Assembly (NCBI GenBank): GCA_963828255.1
Contig: CAWHDZ010000017.1
Location: 64,001-128,000, forward strand
Origin: an uncultured delta proteobacterium
Lineage (GTDB): Bacteria; Myxococcota; Myxococcia; Myxococcales; Anaeromyxobacteraceae
Direction: 5' to 3'
Length of the DNA: 64,000 bases
The translations under genes were made by a program, and so were the position numbers. The notes beneath the pieces are model-generated. The model was not told where the DNA came from. It saw only the letters and a program-made list of their open reading frames with translations, and made no database searches. Numbering within the stretch: position 1 is the stretch's first letter; each line of letters begins with the position of its first letter. This document shows positions 8,214 through 17,478 of this stretch, one piece after another.

Positions 8214-10306
8214 CGGTAGATCAGGGTCCCCACGCCGCGGTCGGTGAAGAGCTCGGCGATGACGGTGTGGGGGACGCGGCCGTCGAGGACGTGGACCCGC
8301 TCCACGCCCCCGGCCAGGGCCCGCAGGATGGCGCGGGCCTTGTGCTTCATGCCGCCGGTGATGGCGCCGGCCTCGACCCGCTTCTCCAGATCGGGGCCGG
8401 AGATCTGGCGGACCATGCCGCCGTCCGGCGCCGACTCGAGGATTCCGGGCACGTCGGTCAGGTAGATGAGCTTCTTCGCCCCCAGCGCCGCCGCCACCGC
8501 CGCGGCCACGTCGTCCGCGTTCACGGATAGTCCGCGTCCGTCCTCGCCGCTTCCGATGGGGGAGATGACCGGCACGTATCCGGACTTGAGGAGCATCTTC
8601 AGGAAGTCCTTGTTCACCTCGACCACCTCGCCGTGGTGGCCCAGGTCGCGGCCGCTCTCGTGCACGATCCTGCGGGCCTTGAGGAGCTGGCCGTCCTTGC
8701 CGGAGAGCCCCACCGCCGAGGCGTTGCGGGCGTTGAGGAGCGCCACCAGCTCCTGGTTGACCTTGCCGGTGAGCACCATCTCGATCACCGGCAGCGAGGT
8801 GGCGTCGGTGATGCGCAGCCCGTCCACGAACTCGGAGCGCTCGCCCAGCCGCTCCATGGTCCGGGTCACCTCCTGGGCGCCGCCGTGCACCACCACCGGC
8901 TTCAGCCCCACCGACTTGAGCAGCGCCACGTCCTCGGCGAAGGCCTCCTTGAGCGACTCCTTCACCATGGCCGCGCCGCCGTACTTGATGACCGCCACCT
9001 GGCCGGAGAAGGCGGCGATGTACTTGAGCGCCTCGGCCAGGAGCGCCCTCTTGAAGGCCGGCGAGTAGTTGGCCACGTGGTCCTCGCGGGCCACGCCGCC
9101 GTCGGGCTTCTGCACGATCTGCGAGGCGTAGTCGGCGTTGATCTTCACGTAGTCGTAGGAGAGGTCGCAGCCCCAGGCCGTCGCGGTGACGTCCCCGTCG
9201 GCCAGCTCGACCCGCAGGTCGATCGAGGGCTCGCGCATGCGCGCCTTCAGGGCCTCCCGGTCGAACTCGGTGGGGGCCCCGCCGGAGAAGACCGCCACGC
9301 CCTGGAGCAGGACCCTGGCCTTGAAGGGGTCGATGAGCCAGCCGCGGGTCCCGGCCCGCGCACCCACCGTGGCGAGCACCCGCCCCCAGTTGGGGTCGGC
9401 GCCGAAGAGGGCCGCCTTGACCAGCGGTGAATTGGCGATGGAGCGGGCCACGTCGCGGGCGGAGGCGTCGGTGGGGGCGCCGGTCACCACCACCTCGAGG
9501 AGCTTGGAGGCCCCCTCGCCGTCCGAGGCCATGGCCCGGGTCATCTCCCGGAAGAGGTCGGTGACGGCGGTCTCCAGGACCTCCTGGTCGGGCCCGGGCT
9601 CGGAGATGCGCGCGTTCCCGGCCAGGCCGTTGGCCAGGGCCACGAGCGAGTCGTTGGTGGACATGTCGCCGTCCACGGTGAGCATCTCGAAGGTGCCCTT
9701 CACCGCCCGTCCCATCACCTCCTGGAGGATCTTGGGGGTCACCGAGACGTCGGTCACCACCACGCAGATCATGGTGGCGAGCTGCGGCGCCAGCATCCCC
9801 GAGCCCTTGGCGATGCAGGCCACGGTGGCGGCCTTCCCGCCCACCACCACCTCGCGCGACGCCATCTTGGTGCGCGTGTCGGTGGTCATGATGGCCTCGG
9901 CGGCGAAGTCGGCCCGCGCGCCCAGCTGCTCCACCAGCGCGGGGATGGCGTCGAGGATCTTCTGGGCCGGCATCCGCACGCCGATGACGCCGGTGGAGGC
10001 GGTGAGCACGGCGCGCTTCTGCACGCCGAGCGCGTCGGCCACCGCGCCGCGCAGGTTGGCCACGTCCTCCAGGCCGCGCGGGCCGGTGAGCGCGTTGGCG
10101 TTGCCGCTGTTGACGAGCACGGCCCGCATGCCCTCGGCGGGGACCCGGTCGCGCGCATCGGCCACCGGCGCGGCCGCGGCCTTGTTCACGGTGAAGAGGC
10201 CGGCGGCGGCGGCCGGCACGTCGGAGACCACCAGCGCCACGTCGCGCCGCTGCGGCTTCAGCCCCGCCGCGACGCCGGAGAACCGGAACCCCTTGGGGAT
10301 CTTCAC
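8210..10306 (-). CDS. argJ-argB: Fused ornithine acetyltransferase (ArgJ) - N-acetylglutamate kinase (ArgB)
   Basis: ArgJ motifs NSGNANA, STGVIG, IMTTDT, KGSGMLAPQLATM, DGDMSTND, DPNWGR, GCDLSYDYVKINADY continue in frame into ArgB motifs VIKYGGAAM, VVHGGA, GLRITD, GLSGKDG, NAD, LTDVPG, GGM, ELFTDRGVGT. Confidence 0.92.
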   Translation of the reverse strand: MKIPKGFRFSGVAAGLKPQRRDVALVVSDVPAAAAGLFTVNKAAAAPVADARDRVPAEGMRAVLVNSGNANALTGPRGLEDVANLRGAVADALGVQKRAVLTASTGVIGVRMPAQKILDAIPALVEQLGARADFAAEAIMTTDTRTKMASREVVVGGKAATVACIAKGSGMLAPQLATMICVVVTDVSVTPKILQEVMGRAVKGTFEMLTVDGDMSTNDSLVALANGLAGNARISEPGPDQEVLETAVTDLFREMTRAMASDGEGASKLLEVVVTGAPTDASARDVARSIANSPLVKAALFGADPNWGRVLATVGARAGTRGWLIDPFKARVLLQGVAVFSGGAPTEFDREALKARMREPSIDLRVELADGDVTATAWGCDLSYDYVKINADYASQIVQKPDGGVAREDHVANYSPAFKRALLAEALKYIAAFSGQVAVIKYGGAAMVKESLKEAFAEDVALLKSVGLKPVVVHGGAQEVTRTMERLGERSEFVDGLRITDATSLPVIEMVLTGKVNQELVALLNARNASAVGLSGKDGQLLKARRIVHESGRDLGHHGEVVEVNKDFLKMLLKSGYVPVISPIGSGEDGRGLSVNADDVAAAVAAALGAKKLIYLTDVPGILESAPDGGMVRQISGPDLEKRVEAGAITGGMKHKARAILRALAGGVERVHVLDGRVPHTVIAELFTDRGVGTLIYR

Positions 10307-11342
10307 GCCTGGCCTCCCGGGAGATCGAGGCCGAGGGTCTCGTCCCAGCCCTGCGTCGCGTTGTAGGCCTGGACGGCCTGACCGGCGGCCCCCTTCACCA
10401 GGTTGTCGATGGCCGAGACGGCGATGACGAGCCCGGTGCGCTCGTCGAGCGTGGCGCCCAGGTGGCAGCGGTTGGTCCGGGCCACGTCCTTCACCGCCAC
10501 CCTGTCGGGGTTCACCACCCGGACGAAGGGCTCGGAGCCGTAGGCCTTCTCGAGGGCGTCGCGCAGGGCGGCGGAGGTGGCGCCCGGGGCGGCCCGCAGC
10601 GCGCAGGTGGCCAGGATGCCGCGCCGCAGGGGAACGAGGTGGGGCGTGAAGGAGATGGGCCCACCCCCCCGGCGAAGCGCGCCACCGTCTGCTCGATCTC
10701 CGGGACGTGCTGGTGGCGGCCGATGCGGTAGGCGCGCAGGTCCTCGTCCACCTCGCAGAAGGAGTATTCCTCGCTGGCCTTCCGCCCCGCGCCGGAGACA
10801 CCGCTCATGGCCGAGACGGCGATGCCCTCCCGGGCGGCCAGGCCGGAGCGGACCAGCGGTGCGAGCGCCAGCGCGATGGCGGTGGCGTAGCATCCCGGGT
10901 TGGTGACGAAGGTGGCCCCGCGCAGCGCAGCCCGATCGAGCTCGGGCAGGCCGTAGCGGGCCTGGGCGAGGAGCGGGACCGCCGTGTGCTCGAAGCCGTA
11001 CCAGGTCGGGTAGGCGGCCGGGTCGTGGAGCCGGAAGGCGCCGGAGAGGTCCACCACGGCGACGCCCCGGGCGTGCAGCGCCGGGCCGAGCGCCAGCGAG
11101 ACCTCGGCCGGCGTCGCCAGGAAGGCCACGTCCGCGGAGAGCGCGGGCGCCTGGGCCTGCGGCAGGTAGCGCAGCGCAGCCGCCGGGGCGGGGAGGGGGA
11201 GCCGCGAGCCGGCCGACTCGTCGGCCCAGCGGTCCGAGTAGATCGAGGCCAGCCGGAGGCCGGGGTGGCGGGCGACGATGCGGGTGAGCTCGAGGCCGGA
11301 GTATCCGGATGCCCCGACGACGGCGACGGTGCGCGTATCCAT
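10303..11342 (-). CDS. argC: N-acetyl-gamma-glutamyl-phosphate reductase; one-base frameshift at the C7 run 10664-10670
   Basis: GASGYSG, DLSGAFRL, YGLPE, NPGCY, SGVSGAGR, HQHVPEI in one frame; FTPHLVP..RGIL and SAIDNLVKGAAGQAVQ in the next frame. Confidence 0.9.
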
Positions 11343-11344
11343 GA

Positions 11345-11364
11345 AGTTGCATGAATATGCAACT
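11345..11364. promoter_or_regulatory. ARG box (ArgR operator) directly upstream of argC
   Basis: Palindrome AGTTGCAT-GAAT-ATGCAACT matching TGCAT-N4-ATGCA, 2 bp from the argC ATG; TTGACC (-35-like, minus strand) at 11375-11380. Confidence 0.8.
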
Positions 11365-11397
11365 CGGGGCGGCCGGTCAACGGCCGCCCCGGAATCA

Positions 11398-11484
11398 TGG
11401 TGCCCAGGAGAGGACTCGAACCTCCATGGCCTTTCAGCCGCTAGACCCTGAATCTAGTGCGTCTACCAATTTCGCCACCTGGGC
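11398..11484 (-). tRNA. tRNA-Leu (anticodon CAG)
   Basis: GCCCAGG acceptor stem, D-loop TTGGTAGAC, anticodon arm CTAGA-TTCAGGG-TCTAG, long variable arm, GGTTCGAGTCC, encoded CCA; 87 nt. Confidence 0.97.
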
Positions 11485-11558
11485 GGAGGTGGGCCCCTCT
11501 CTAGCGGGGGGAGCGGCCCGGTGTCAACGCCATTCGGAGCGGCTAGGATGCCATCCCC

Positions 11559-12191
11559 ATGACCCTCCCCACCGCGCTGCTGGCCCTCGCCCTTGCGTCC
11601 GCCCCCTCTCCCCAGGCCCCGGTCACGCTGGTGGGCGCGGGAGCGCTCGGACCGGGGGGCGCCGCCTGGCTGACCGAGGTCGGCTATCCGGGGTTGGCGC
11701 TCACCTACGCCCAGGGGCTCGACGAGTGGAACGACCTGGGCGGGACCGTGGGAATGGGATGGACCACCGGGGAGATGGTGCTCGGGCTGGTGTGGCGGCG
11801 GGAACTGGCCGGGGACGCCGGCAGCCGGGCCGGATTCCGGCTCGTGGCCGGGCCGTGGTTCAACTTCGGCGCGACCTGGATCTACCCGGAGAACCGCTCG
11901 AACCTGGGGCTGCTGGTCGCGCCCGGAGCGGGCTGGACCGCGTCGGCAGGCCAGGGACTGGTGAGCGTCACGCTGGATCTCGGGCTCGAGTGGGCCATGC
12001 AGCGCGACATGGGGTTCGGGTTCGTCCCGCGCCTGGGCCTGGCCTACGAGGTGCCGGTGGCCCGGGATGTCACCCTGGGTGCGAAGGCCGGGCTGTGGAT
12101 CCGCTGGGCCACGGGGAGCGCGAAGATCCCGGGCCTGGACGAGAGGCTCCTGGGCGAGCTCGTGGCCCTGGTGACCTGGAAGGTCTTCTAG
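11559..12191 (+). CDS. Exported hypothetical protein, probable small outer-membrane beta-barrel
   Basis: Signal peptide, alternating amphipathic Gly/aromatic-rich strands, C-terminal VTWKVF (terminal Phe). Confidence 0.6.
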   Translation: MTLPTALLALALASAPSPQAPVTLVGAGALGPGGAAWLTEVGYPGLALTYAQGLDEWNDLGGTVGMGWTTGEMVLGLVWRRELAGDAGSRAGFRLVAGPWFNFGATWIYPENRSNLGLLVAPGAGWTASAGQGLVSVTLDLGLEWAMQRDMGFGFVPRLGLAYEVPVARDVTLGAKAGLWIRWATGSAKIPGLDERLLGELVALVTWKVF

Positions 12192-12211
12192 GCGGGGCGG
12201 ACGCCGGCCCG

Positions 12212-13585
12212 CTACCAGCGGGTGACGCAGGCGATGGCCGGGCTGCAGGTCCGGTCCACCGACTCGATGTACTTGAGCATCTCCTCGGCATCGACGGCCC
12301 CGGTGATGCGCTGGGGGATCTCTCGCCCCGCCGAGTCGATGAAGACCACCGTGGGCATGCCCACCACGGCGTACTTGTCGAAGACCTTCTGGAAGGCGTC
12401 GGTGTCATGGGTGCCATCCATCTTGAGCGTGACGAAGCGCCCCGCCGCCGCCTGCACGCGCGGATCGGCCCAGGCGGCCTTGTCGAGCTCCTTGCAGGCG
12501 GTGCACCACTCGGCCCAGAAGTCGATGATGACCGGCTTGCCCTGGGCGCGGGCCTGCGCGATGGCCGCCAGCTCGTCCTGGTGGAAGCGCCAGGCGAGAC
12601 CGCCGCCCTGTGCGCGGGAGCGCGCCGACGCGGCGCCGGACGCGTAGACGATCGCGCCCACCACGAGCGCCACGCCCGCCCCCTTGGCGAGCTTGTGGAG
12701 GGCCGAACCCTGGAAGCTGCCGCTGAAGGCGCCCAGCAGCACGCCGGCGCCCGCCAGGCCGGCCGCGGCCAGGGCTGCGGTGCGGGAGGCGAGGAAGAGG
12801 GGCTGGAGGGCCGGCAGCGCGTCCTTCAGGAAGACGCCGGCGGCGGCGAGCAGCGCCACGCCGAAGACGCTCTTCACCGTGTCCATCCAGGGACCGCTCT
12901 TGGGGAGCGACACCGAGAAGGCGCCGATGAGGAAGAAGAGGAGGCCGAGCCCCATGGCGTAGGCGAACATGATGCCCACGCCGAAGGCCACCGAGCCCTT
13001 GGTGGCGACGAAGGCCAGCGCCGCGGCCAGCACCGGTCCCGTGCAGGGCGCGGCGATGACTCCGGAGACGAGCCCCATTCCGAGCGCGCCCAGGTAGCCC
13101 GCTCCGCCCACCCCCTGCAGCCGGGCCTGCATCGACGGGGGAAGCTGAAGCTCGAAGGCGCCGAACATGGACGCGGCCATGGTGGCGAAGACCAGCGCGA
13201 CCCCGCCGATCACGAGCGGGTTCTGCATCACGCTGCCGAAGGCCTTGCCGGTGAGGGCCGCGCCCATTCCCAGCGCCGAGTACATGATGGCGATGCCGAG
13301 GACGTAGAGGCCGGAGAGCGCCATGGCGTGGCGGCGGGACGTGGCCTCGCGGGCCCCGAAGATGGAGACGGTGATGGGGATGAGCGGGTAGACGCAGGGG
13401 GTGAGGCTGGTGAGGACGCCACCCCCGAAGGCCACCACGTAGGCGAGGAACGACCCCTCGGCGAGCAGCGCGCCGAGCCCGAGGTCGGTGGCTGCGCCCG
13501 TGGACCCGCTGGCCGCCAGGTCGGGCAGCCAGGCCACGCCTGCGAAGGTGATGGCCGCGACCAGGATTCTCGTGAGGATCCGCAT
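12212..13585 (-). CDS. dsbD: DsbD/ScsB-like protein-disulfide reductase (TM domain + thioredoxin domain)
   Basis: SLTPCVYP and AAPCTGP TM cysteines, LPKSGPWM, DFWAEWCTACK, VGMPT; no N-terminal alpha domain is evident. Confidence 0.88.
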   Translation of the reverse strand: MRILTRILVAAITFAGVAWLPDLAASGSTGAATDLGLGALLAEGSFLAYVVAFGGGVLTSLTPCVYPLIPITVSIFGAREATSRRHAMALSGLYVLGIAIMYSALGMGAALTGKAFGSVMQNPLVIGGVALVFATMAASMFGAFELQLPPSMQARLQGVGGAGYLGALGMGLVSGVIAAPCTGPVLAAALAFVATKGSVAFGVGIMFAYAMGLGLLFFLIGAFSVSLPKSGPWMDTVKSVFGVALLAAAGVFLKDALPALQPLFLASRTAALAAAGLAGAGVLLGAFSGSFQGSALHKLAKGAGVALVVGAIVYASGAASARSRAQGGGLAWRFHQDELAAIAQARAQGKPVIIDFWAEWCTACKELDKAAWADPRVQAAAGRFVTLKMDGTHDTDAFQKVFDKYAVVGMPTVVFIDSAGREIPQRITGAVDAEEMLKYIESVDRTCSPAIACVTRW

Positions 13586-13693
13586 GCGTCCTTTCAACAT
13601 AACCACCCGTTGGCCCGGGGGAAACCTTCGTTATAGAACCCAGGCCGGAACGCAGCCGCGAGCCATTCCATTCCATTGGAGACAGGCGGGGCC

Positions 13694-14866
13694 TTGAGGA
13701 TTCCCATCTACATGGACTGCCACTCGACCACGCAGGTCGACCCGCGCGTCGTCGAGGCCATGCTCCCGTACTTCACCGAACGCTTCGGCAACGCCGCCTC
13801 GAAGAGCCACTCCTTCGGCTGGAAGGCCGAGGAGGCGGTCGAGGAGGCGCGCGAGGAGGTGGCCCGCCTCATCGGCGCGACCGCCCGCGAGATCGTCTGG
13901 ACGAGCGGCGCCACGGAGGCGGACAACCTGGCCGTGAAGGGGGTGGCCCGCTTCCACGCCGCGAAGGGGCGCCACCTGGTCACCACCGCCATCGAGCACA
14001 AGGCGGTGCTCGACCCGATGGCGGCGCTCTCGCGCGAGGGATTCGAGGTGACGGTGCTGCCGGTGAGTCCGGACGGCCTCGTCGACCCGGAGGCGGTGCG
14101 CGAAGCCATCCGCCCCGACACCGTGCTCGTCTCGGTGATGCACGCCAACAACGAGGTGGGGACGGTGCTGCACGTGGAGGAGATCGGGCGGATCACCCGC
14201 GAGAAGGGGGTCCTCTTCCACACCGACGCGGTGCAGTCGCTGGGACGGATCCCCTTCGACGTGGAGGCGGTGAACGCGGACCTGGTCTCGCTCTCGGCGC
14301 ACAAGATGTACGGGCCGAAGGGCGTGGGAGCGCTCTACGTGCGGCGTCGCCCCCGGGCGCGGCTCCTCGCGCAGATCGACGGGGGAGGCCACGAACGCGG
14401 CTACCGTTCCGGGACGCTCAACGTGCCCGGCATCGTGGGGTTCGGGAGGGCGGCTGCGCTGGCGCGCGAGGAGATGCCCGCCGATGCGCCGCGCATCCTG
14501 GCGCTGCGGGAGCGGCTGCGGGGGGCCATCCTGGCCGGGCTGGATCGGGTGACCGTGAACGGGAGCCTGGAACGGCGCCTGCCCGGGAACCTGAACCTGA
14601 GCTTCGCCCACGTGGAGGGGGAGGCGCTCATGATCGCCATGAGGGACGTGGCGGTGAGCAGTGGGTCGGCGTGCACCTCGGCATCGCTCGAGCCCTCGTA
14701 CGTGCTGCGGGCGATGGGGGTCTCCGACGAGCTCGCCCACTCCTCCATCCGCTTCGGCCTCGGCCGCTTCAACACCGAGGAGGAGGTGGATCACGCGGCG
14801 CGGCTGGTCGTCGAGAAGGCCACGAAGCTGCGGGAGATGTCGCCCTTTTCAGCGACTTCTACGTAG
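13694..14866 (+). CDS. iscS: Cysteine desulfurase
   Basis: [66 protein letters not shown]; alternative ATG start at 13676. Confidence 0.95.
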   Translation: MRIPIYMDCHSTTQVDPRVVEAMLPYFTERFGNAASKSHSFGWKAEEAVEEAREEVARLIGATAREIVWTSGATEADNLAVKGVARFHAAKGRHLVTTAIEHKAVLDPMAALSREGFEVTVLPVSPDGLVDPEAVREAIRPDTVLVSVMHANNEVGTVLHVEEIGRITREKGVLFHTDAVQSLGRIPFDVEAVNADLVSLSAHKMYGPKGVGALYVRRRPRARLLAQIDGGGHERGYRSGTLNVPGIVGFGRAAALAREEMPADAPRILALRERLRGAILAGLDRVTVNGSLERRLPGNLNLSFAHVEGEALMIAMRDVAVSSGSACTSASLEPSYVLRAMGVSDELAHSSIRFGLGRFNTEEEVDHAARLVVEKATKLREMSPFSATST

Positions 14867-14988
14867 TCGAAGGCGCAGGTCTCTCCCACGACCGGATTCC
14901 CCGCATACCGTTCCATGGCCTCCTCCCCGCCCGCAGTCACCCCAAGGAGGGGTTCAACTGGCTGAACCGCGACAGGATTGTCGCAGCT

Positions 14989-15124
14989 CGCGCCGCGGAC
15001 CTGGAACCGCCTTCTCGGCCTGGCCGCGCCCCTCCGCCGTGCGGGCCTCCAGCGCCAGCACGCCCATGTGCTCCCGCTCCAGTTCGGCCAGGAGTTCGTG
15101 ACGTGACCCCAGGTCCGCGGCGCG
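14989..15124. repeat. Perfect 16-bp inverted repeat enclosing nested inverted repeats (candidate structured RNA)
   Basis: CGCGCCGCGGACCTGG (14989-15004) / CCAGGTCCGCGGCGCG (15109-15124); inner CCTGGCCG (15019-15026) / CGGCCAGG (15085-15092); AGCAC/GTGCT (15057-15072). Confidence 0.7.
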
Positions 15125-15196
15125 GCCCGGTCGGCGCCGAGGAACGGCCTGGGGACAGGCGACGCCGCTGGCCCGTGACGTGCTCCTGCCCCGGCC

Positions 15197-15829
15197 GTGC
15201 GCCTCCTCCTCGCCCTCCTCCTCGCCGTCCCACCGGCGGCTCCCGCGCCGCCGTCGTCGCACCCCGGGCCGCCCGGCGCCGATCCCGCCGCCCTGGCGCG
15301 GCTCGACGGCCAGCGGGTCCTCACCGTGATCGCCGCGGCCGACCCGCCCGTCGCCGAGGTGCAGCGGGCCGCAGCCGACCACGACGGCATCGACCCGGAC
15401 CGGCTGCGCGCCTGGGTGGCCCGCCCCCGCAGCGCCCACTGGCTGCCCCGCGTCTCGCTCGACGCCAGCCGCACCGAGCGTGACACGCGGGTGGTGGGCG
15501 TCACCGGCACGGTCGAGTCCGACTATCTGCGGGTGAACCCGTCCACCCAGTTCGGCGTCCGCCTGAGCTGGGACCTCGACCAGCTGGTCTTCTCCCGCGA
15601 CGAGCCGGCGGCCGCCTGGACGGCCTCCCGGCTCATCGACCGGCGCGCCGAGCGGGTCCGCCGCGCCACCAAGCTCTACTTCCAGCGGCGCCGGTTGCTC
15701 GTCCAGCTGGCGCTCGACCCGCCGCGCGAGGCCATGGGGCGCGCCGAGCGGGAGAACCAGATCGACGAGATCACAGCCGAGCTCGACGAGCTCACCGGGG
15801 GACTGTTCTCCGGAAGGAGGAGACCGTGA
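15197..15829 (+). CDS. Exported protein resembling a single outer-membrane-efflux (TolC) repeat
   Basis: Signal peptide; helix, then WLPRVSLDAS strand, loop, FGVRLSWDL strand, then long helix with KLYF and a second helix; 210 aa. Confidence 0.6.
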   Translation: MRLLLALLLAVPPAAPAPPSSHPGPPGADPAALARLDGQRVLTVIAAADPPVAEVQRAAADHDGIDPDRLRAWVARPRSAHWLPRVSLDASRTERDTRVVGVTGTVESDYLRVNPSTQFGVRLSWDLDQLVFSRDEPAAAWTASRLIDRRAERVRRATKLYFQRRRLLVQLALDPPREAMGRAERENQIDEITAELDELTGGLFSGRRRP

Positions 15830-17478
15830 AGAAGCGCGCATCCGTTGCCGCCGCCGTGACGCTGGCCACGATGGCGATCGTTGCAATGACGCTGGCCGCC
15901 TGTGGCCCCACCGAGCCCGATCCAGCACCCCGAGTGACGTCGGTGGCGCCGGAGGGGGAGGGGATCGCCCCCGACGCACCTGGGATCTCGGTCCGGTTCA
16001 GCGAGCCGGTCGAGCCGTCCGGCATCGAGGACGGCCGCTTCCTGGCGCTGGCCACCGCGGCCGACGCGAAGTCGGCGGCCACCGCGGCCGGCTCGGCCAC
16101 CGGCATCGGTCCGGGCGTGGCGGTGGTCCCGTCCCGCGTCGTGCTCGGCGAGGGGGGGGCCGCGGCCCAGGTCGTCCCGGAGGCGCCGCTCCAGCCCCTG
16201 GGCGCCTACGCCGTCGTGGTCGGCACCGGCATCCGCAGCGTGAGCGGCCGCGCCGTCATGGACCCCACCGGGCGGAAGCGCGCCTTCGCCACCACCTTCC
16301 GCACCGGGCCCATGCCGGACAGGCTGCCGCCGGTGGCGCGGTGGATATCGCCCCCGCAAGGGCCGGCGCCGTCGAACCTCCGGGAGATCCGCATCGGGTT
16401 CTCGGAGGCGGTCACCGGGTCGCTCACGGTGAATGGCGTCGCGGGCCGGTCCAGGACCATCTCCCCCGACGTCCTCGCCCTGACCCTCGACGGGCCGCTT
16501 CCCTCCGGGCCGTTCGCCCCCGCGCTCGACGGGATCCGGGACGCGGGCGGGAACCGCCCGCTCCCGCTGCCGGCCATCGTGGCCGCCTCCTGCCGCGACG
16601 ACCGGGCGCCCGAGGTGGCGCCGGCCTCGGTGCGGGTCCTCCCGGCCGACACCGCCATCTCCCTGGCCGCCGACGCCTCGGAGGTGACCCGCCTCGGGGT
16701 CGAGGTTGCGGTGGAGCGGCTCGGCGAGGGCTGCGGGTCGCTCCCCGACGTTCCGGGGAGCCTGGTCGCCTGGGGAGAGTTCGCGCCCTGCCCCGGGCAC
16801 GACCCGTGCGGCGCCGCCACCCGCTGCCCGGCCGCGGCCACGGTGACCGGCCTCTGCCCGGGACGGCGAGTGAAGGTCCGCGTCCTGGCCGAGGACCTGG
16901 CCGGCAACGCCGCCGGGCCCGGTCCCTGGATGATGGCGGCCACCGGCTCCGCCGCGGCGCGCCCGGTCGTCACCGAGGTGCTGGCCGACGCGGCCACCCC
17001 GCAGGCCGGCGGGGAATACGTGGAGATCGCCAACCTGGGCAGCGGCGAGGCGGACCTCACCGGATGGAAGCTCGCCAAGCGGAGCGGCAGCGGGGCGGTC
17101 AGCCGGTGCACCATCGAGCCGAAGGGGGGCGCCATCCCTCCCGGGAGCCACGGTCTCGTCGTGGGCGGAGGCTGGGACGGGCGCTACCCCCTTCCGGCGG
17201 GCCTTCCCCTCTTCCAGTGCGGCGCAACGTCGCTCGCGGGAGGGCTCGCCGACGATCGGGCCCCGGCCATCGCGCTCGAGTCGCCGGCCGGGGCCGTGGT
17301 GTCCGGGCTCGGCTGGGCGGCGCCGTCCCTGCGCTGCACCGGCCGCTCGGTCGAGCGGATCCTGCCCGAGGGGGATGATGCGACGACCAACTTCGCCTGC
17401 GCCGGCGCCGCGCCGGGGACCCCCGGGGCCTGCAACGGGAGCACGCCGCCGGCAAGCTGCCCGCGAAGGCCCTACTGA
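15826..17478 (+). CDS. Cys-rich lipoprotein with Ig-like (Big_5-type) domains and C-terminal lamin-tail domain
   Basis: Lipobox LAAC; PRVTSVAP....I..ISVRFSEPV (Big_5-like); VVTEVLAD....GEYVEIANLG...ADLTGWKL and GTPG (LTD); 4-bp overlap with the upstream gene. Confidence 0.75.
   Translation: MKKRASVAAAVTLATMAIVAMTLAACGPTEPDPAPRVTSVAPEGEGIAPDAPGISVRFSEPVEPSGIEDGRFLALATAADAKSAATAAGSATGIGPGVAVVPSRVVLGEGGAAAQVVPEAPLQPLGAYAVVVGTGIRSVSGRAVMDPTGRKRAFATTFRTGPMPDRLPPVARWISPPQGPAPSNLREIRIGFSEAVTGSLTVNGVAGRSRTISPDVLALTLDGPLPSGPFAPALDGIRDAGGNRPLPLPAIVAASCRDDRAPEVAPASVRVLPADTAISLAADASEVTRLGVEVAVERLGEGCGSLPDVPGSLVAWGEFAPCPGHDPCGAATRCPAAATVTGLCPGRRVKVRVLAEDLAGNAAGPGPWMMAATGSAAARPVVTEVLADAATPQAGGEYVEIANLGSGEADLTGWKLAKRSGSGAVSRCTIEPKGGAIPPGSHGLVVGGGWDGRYPLPAGLPLFQCGATSLAGGLADDRAPAIALESPAGAVVSGLGWAAPSLRCTGRSVERILPEGDDATTNFACAGAAPGTPGACNGSTPPASCPRRPY

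Noticed and set aside
11398..12191. tRNA-Leu as an integration site for an island or prophage
   Set aside because: I saw no integrase and no duplicated tRNA 3' end, and the flanks are housekeeping genes.
14867..15196. Retron msr/msd, group II intron domain V, cobalamin riboswitch or selenoprotein (TGA + hairpin) readings of the structured region
   Set aside because: There is no reverse transcriptase nearby, only short partial motif resemblances without the required pairings, and the TGA read-through peptide has no redox motif.
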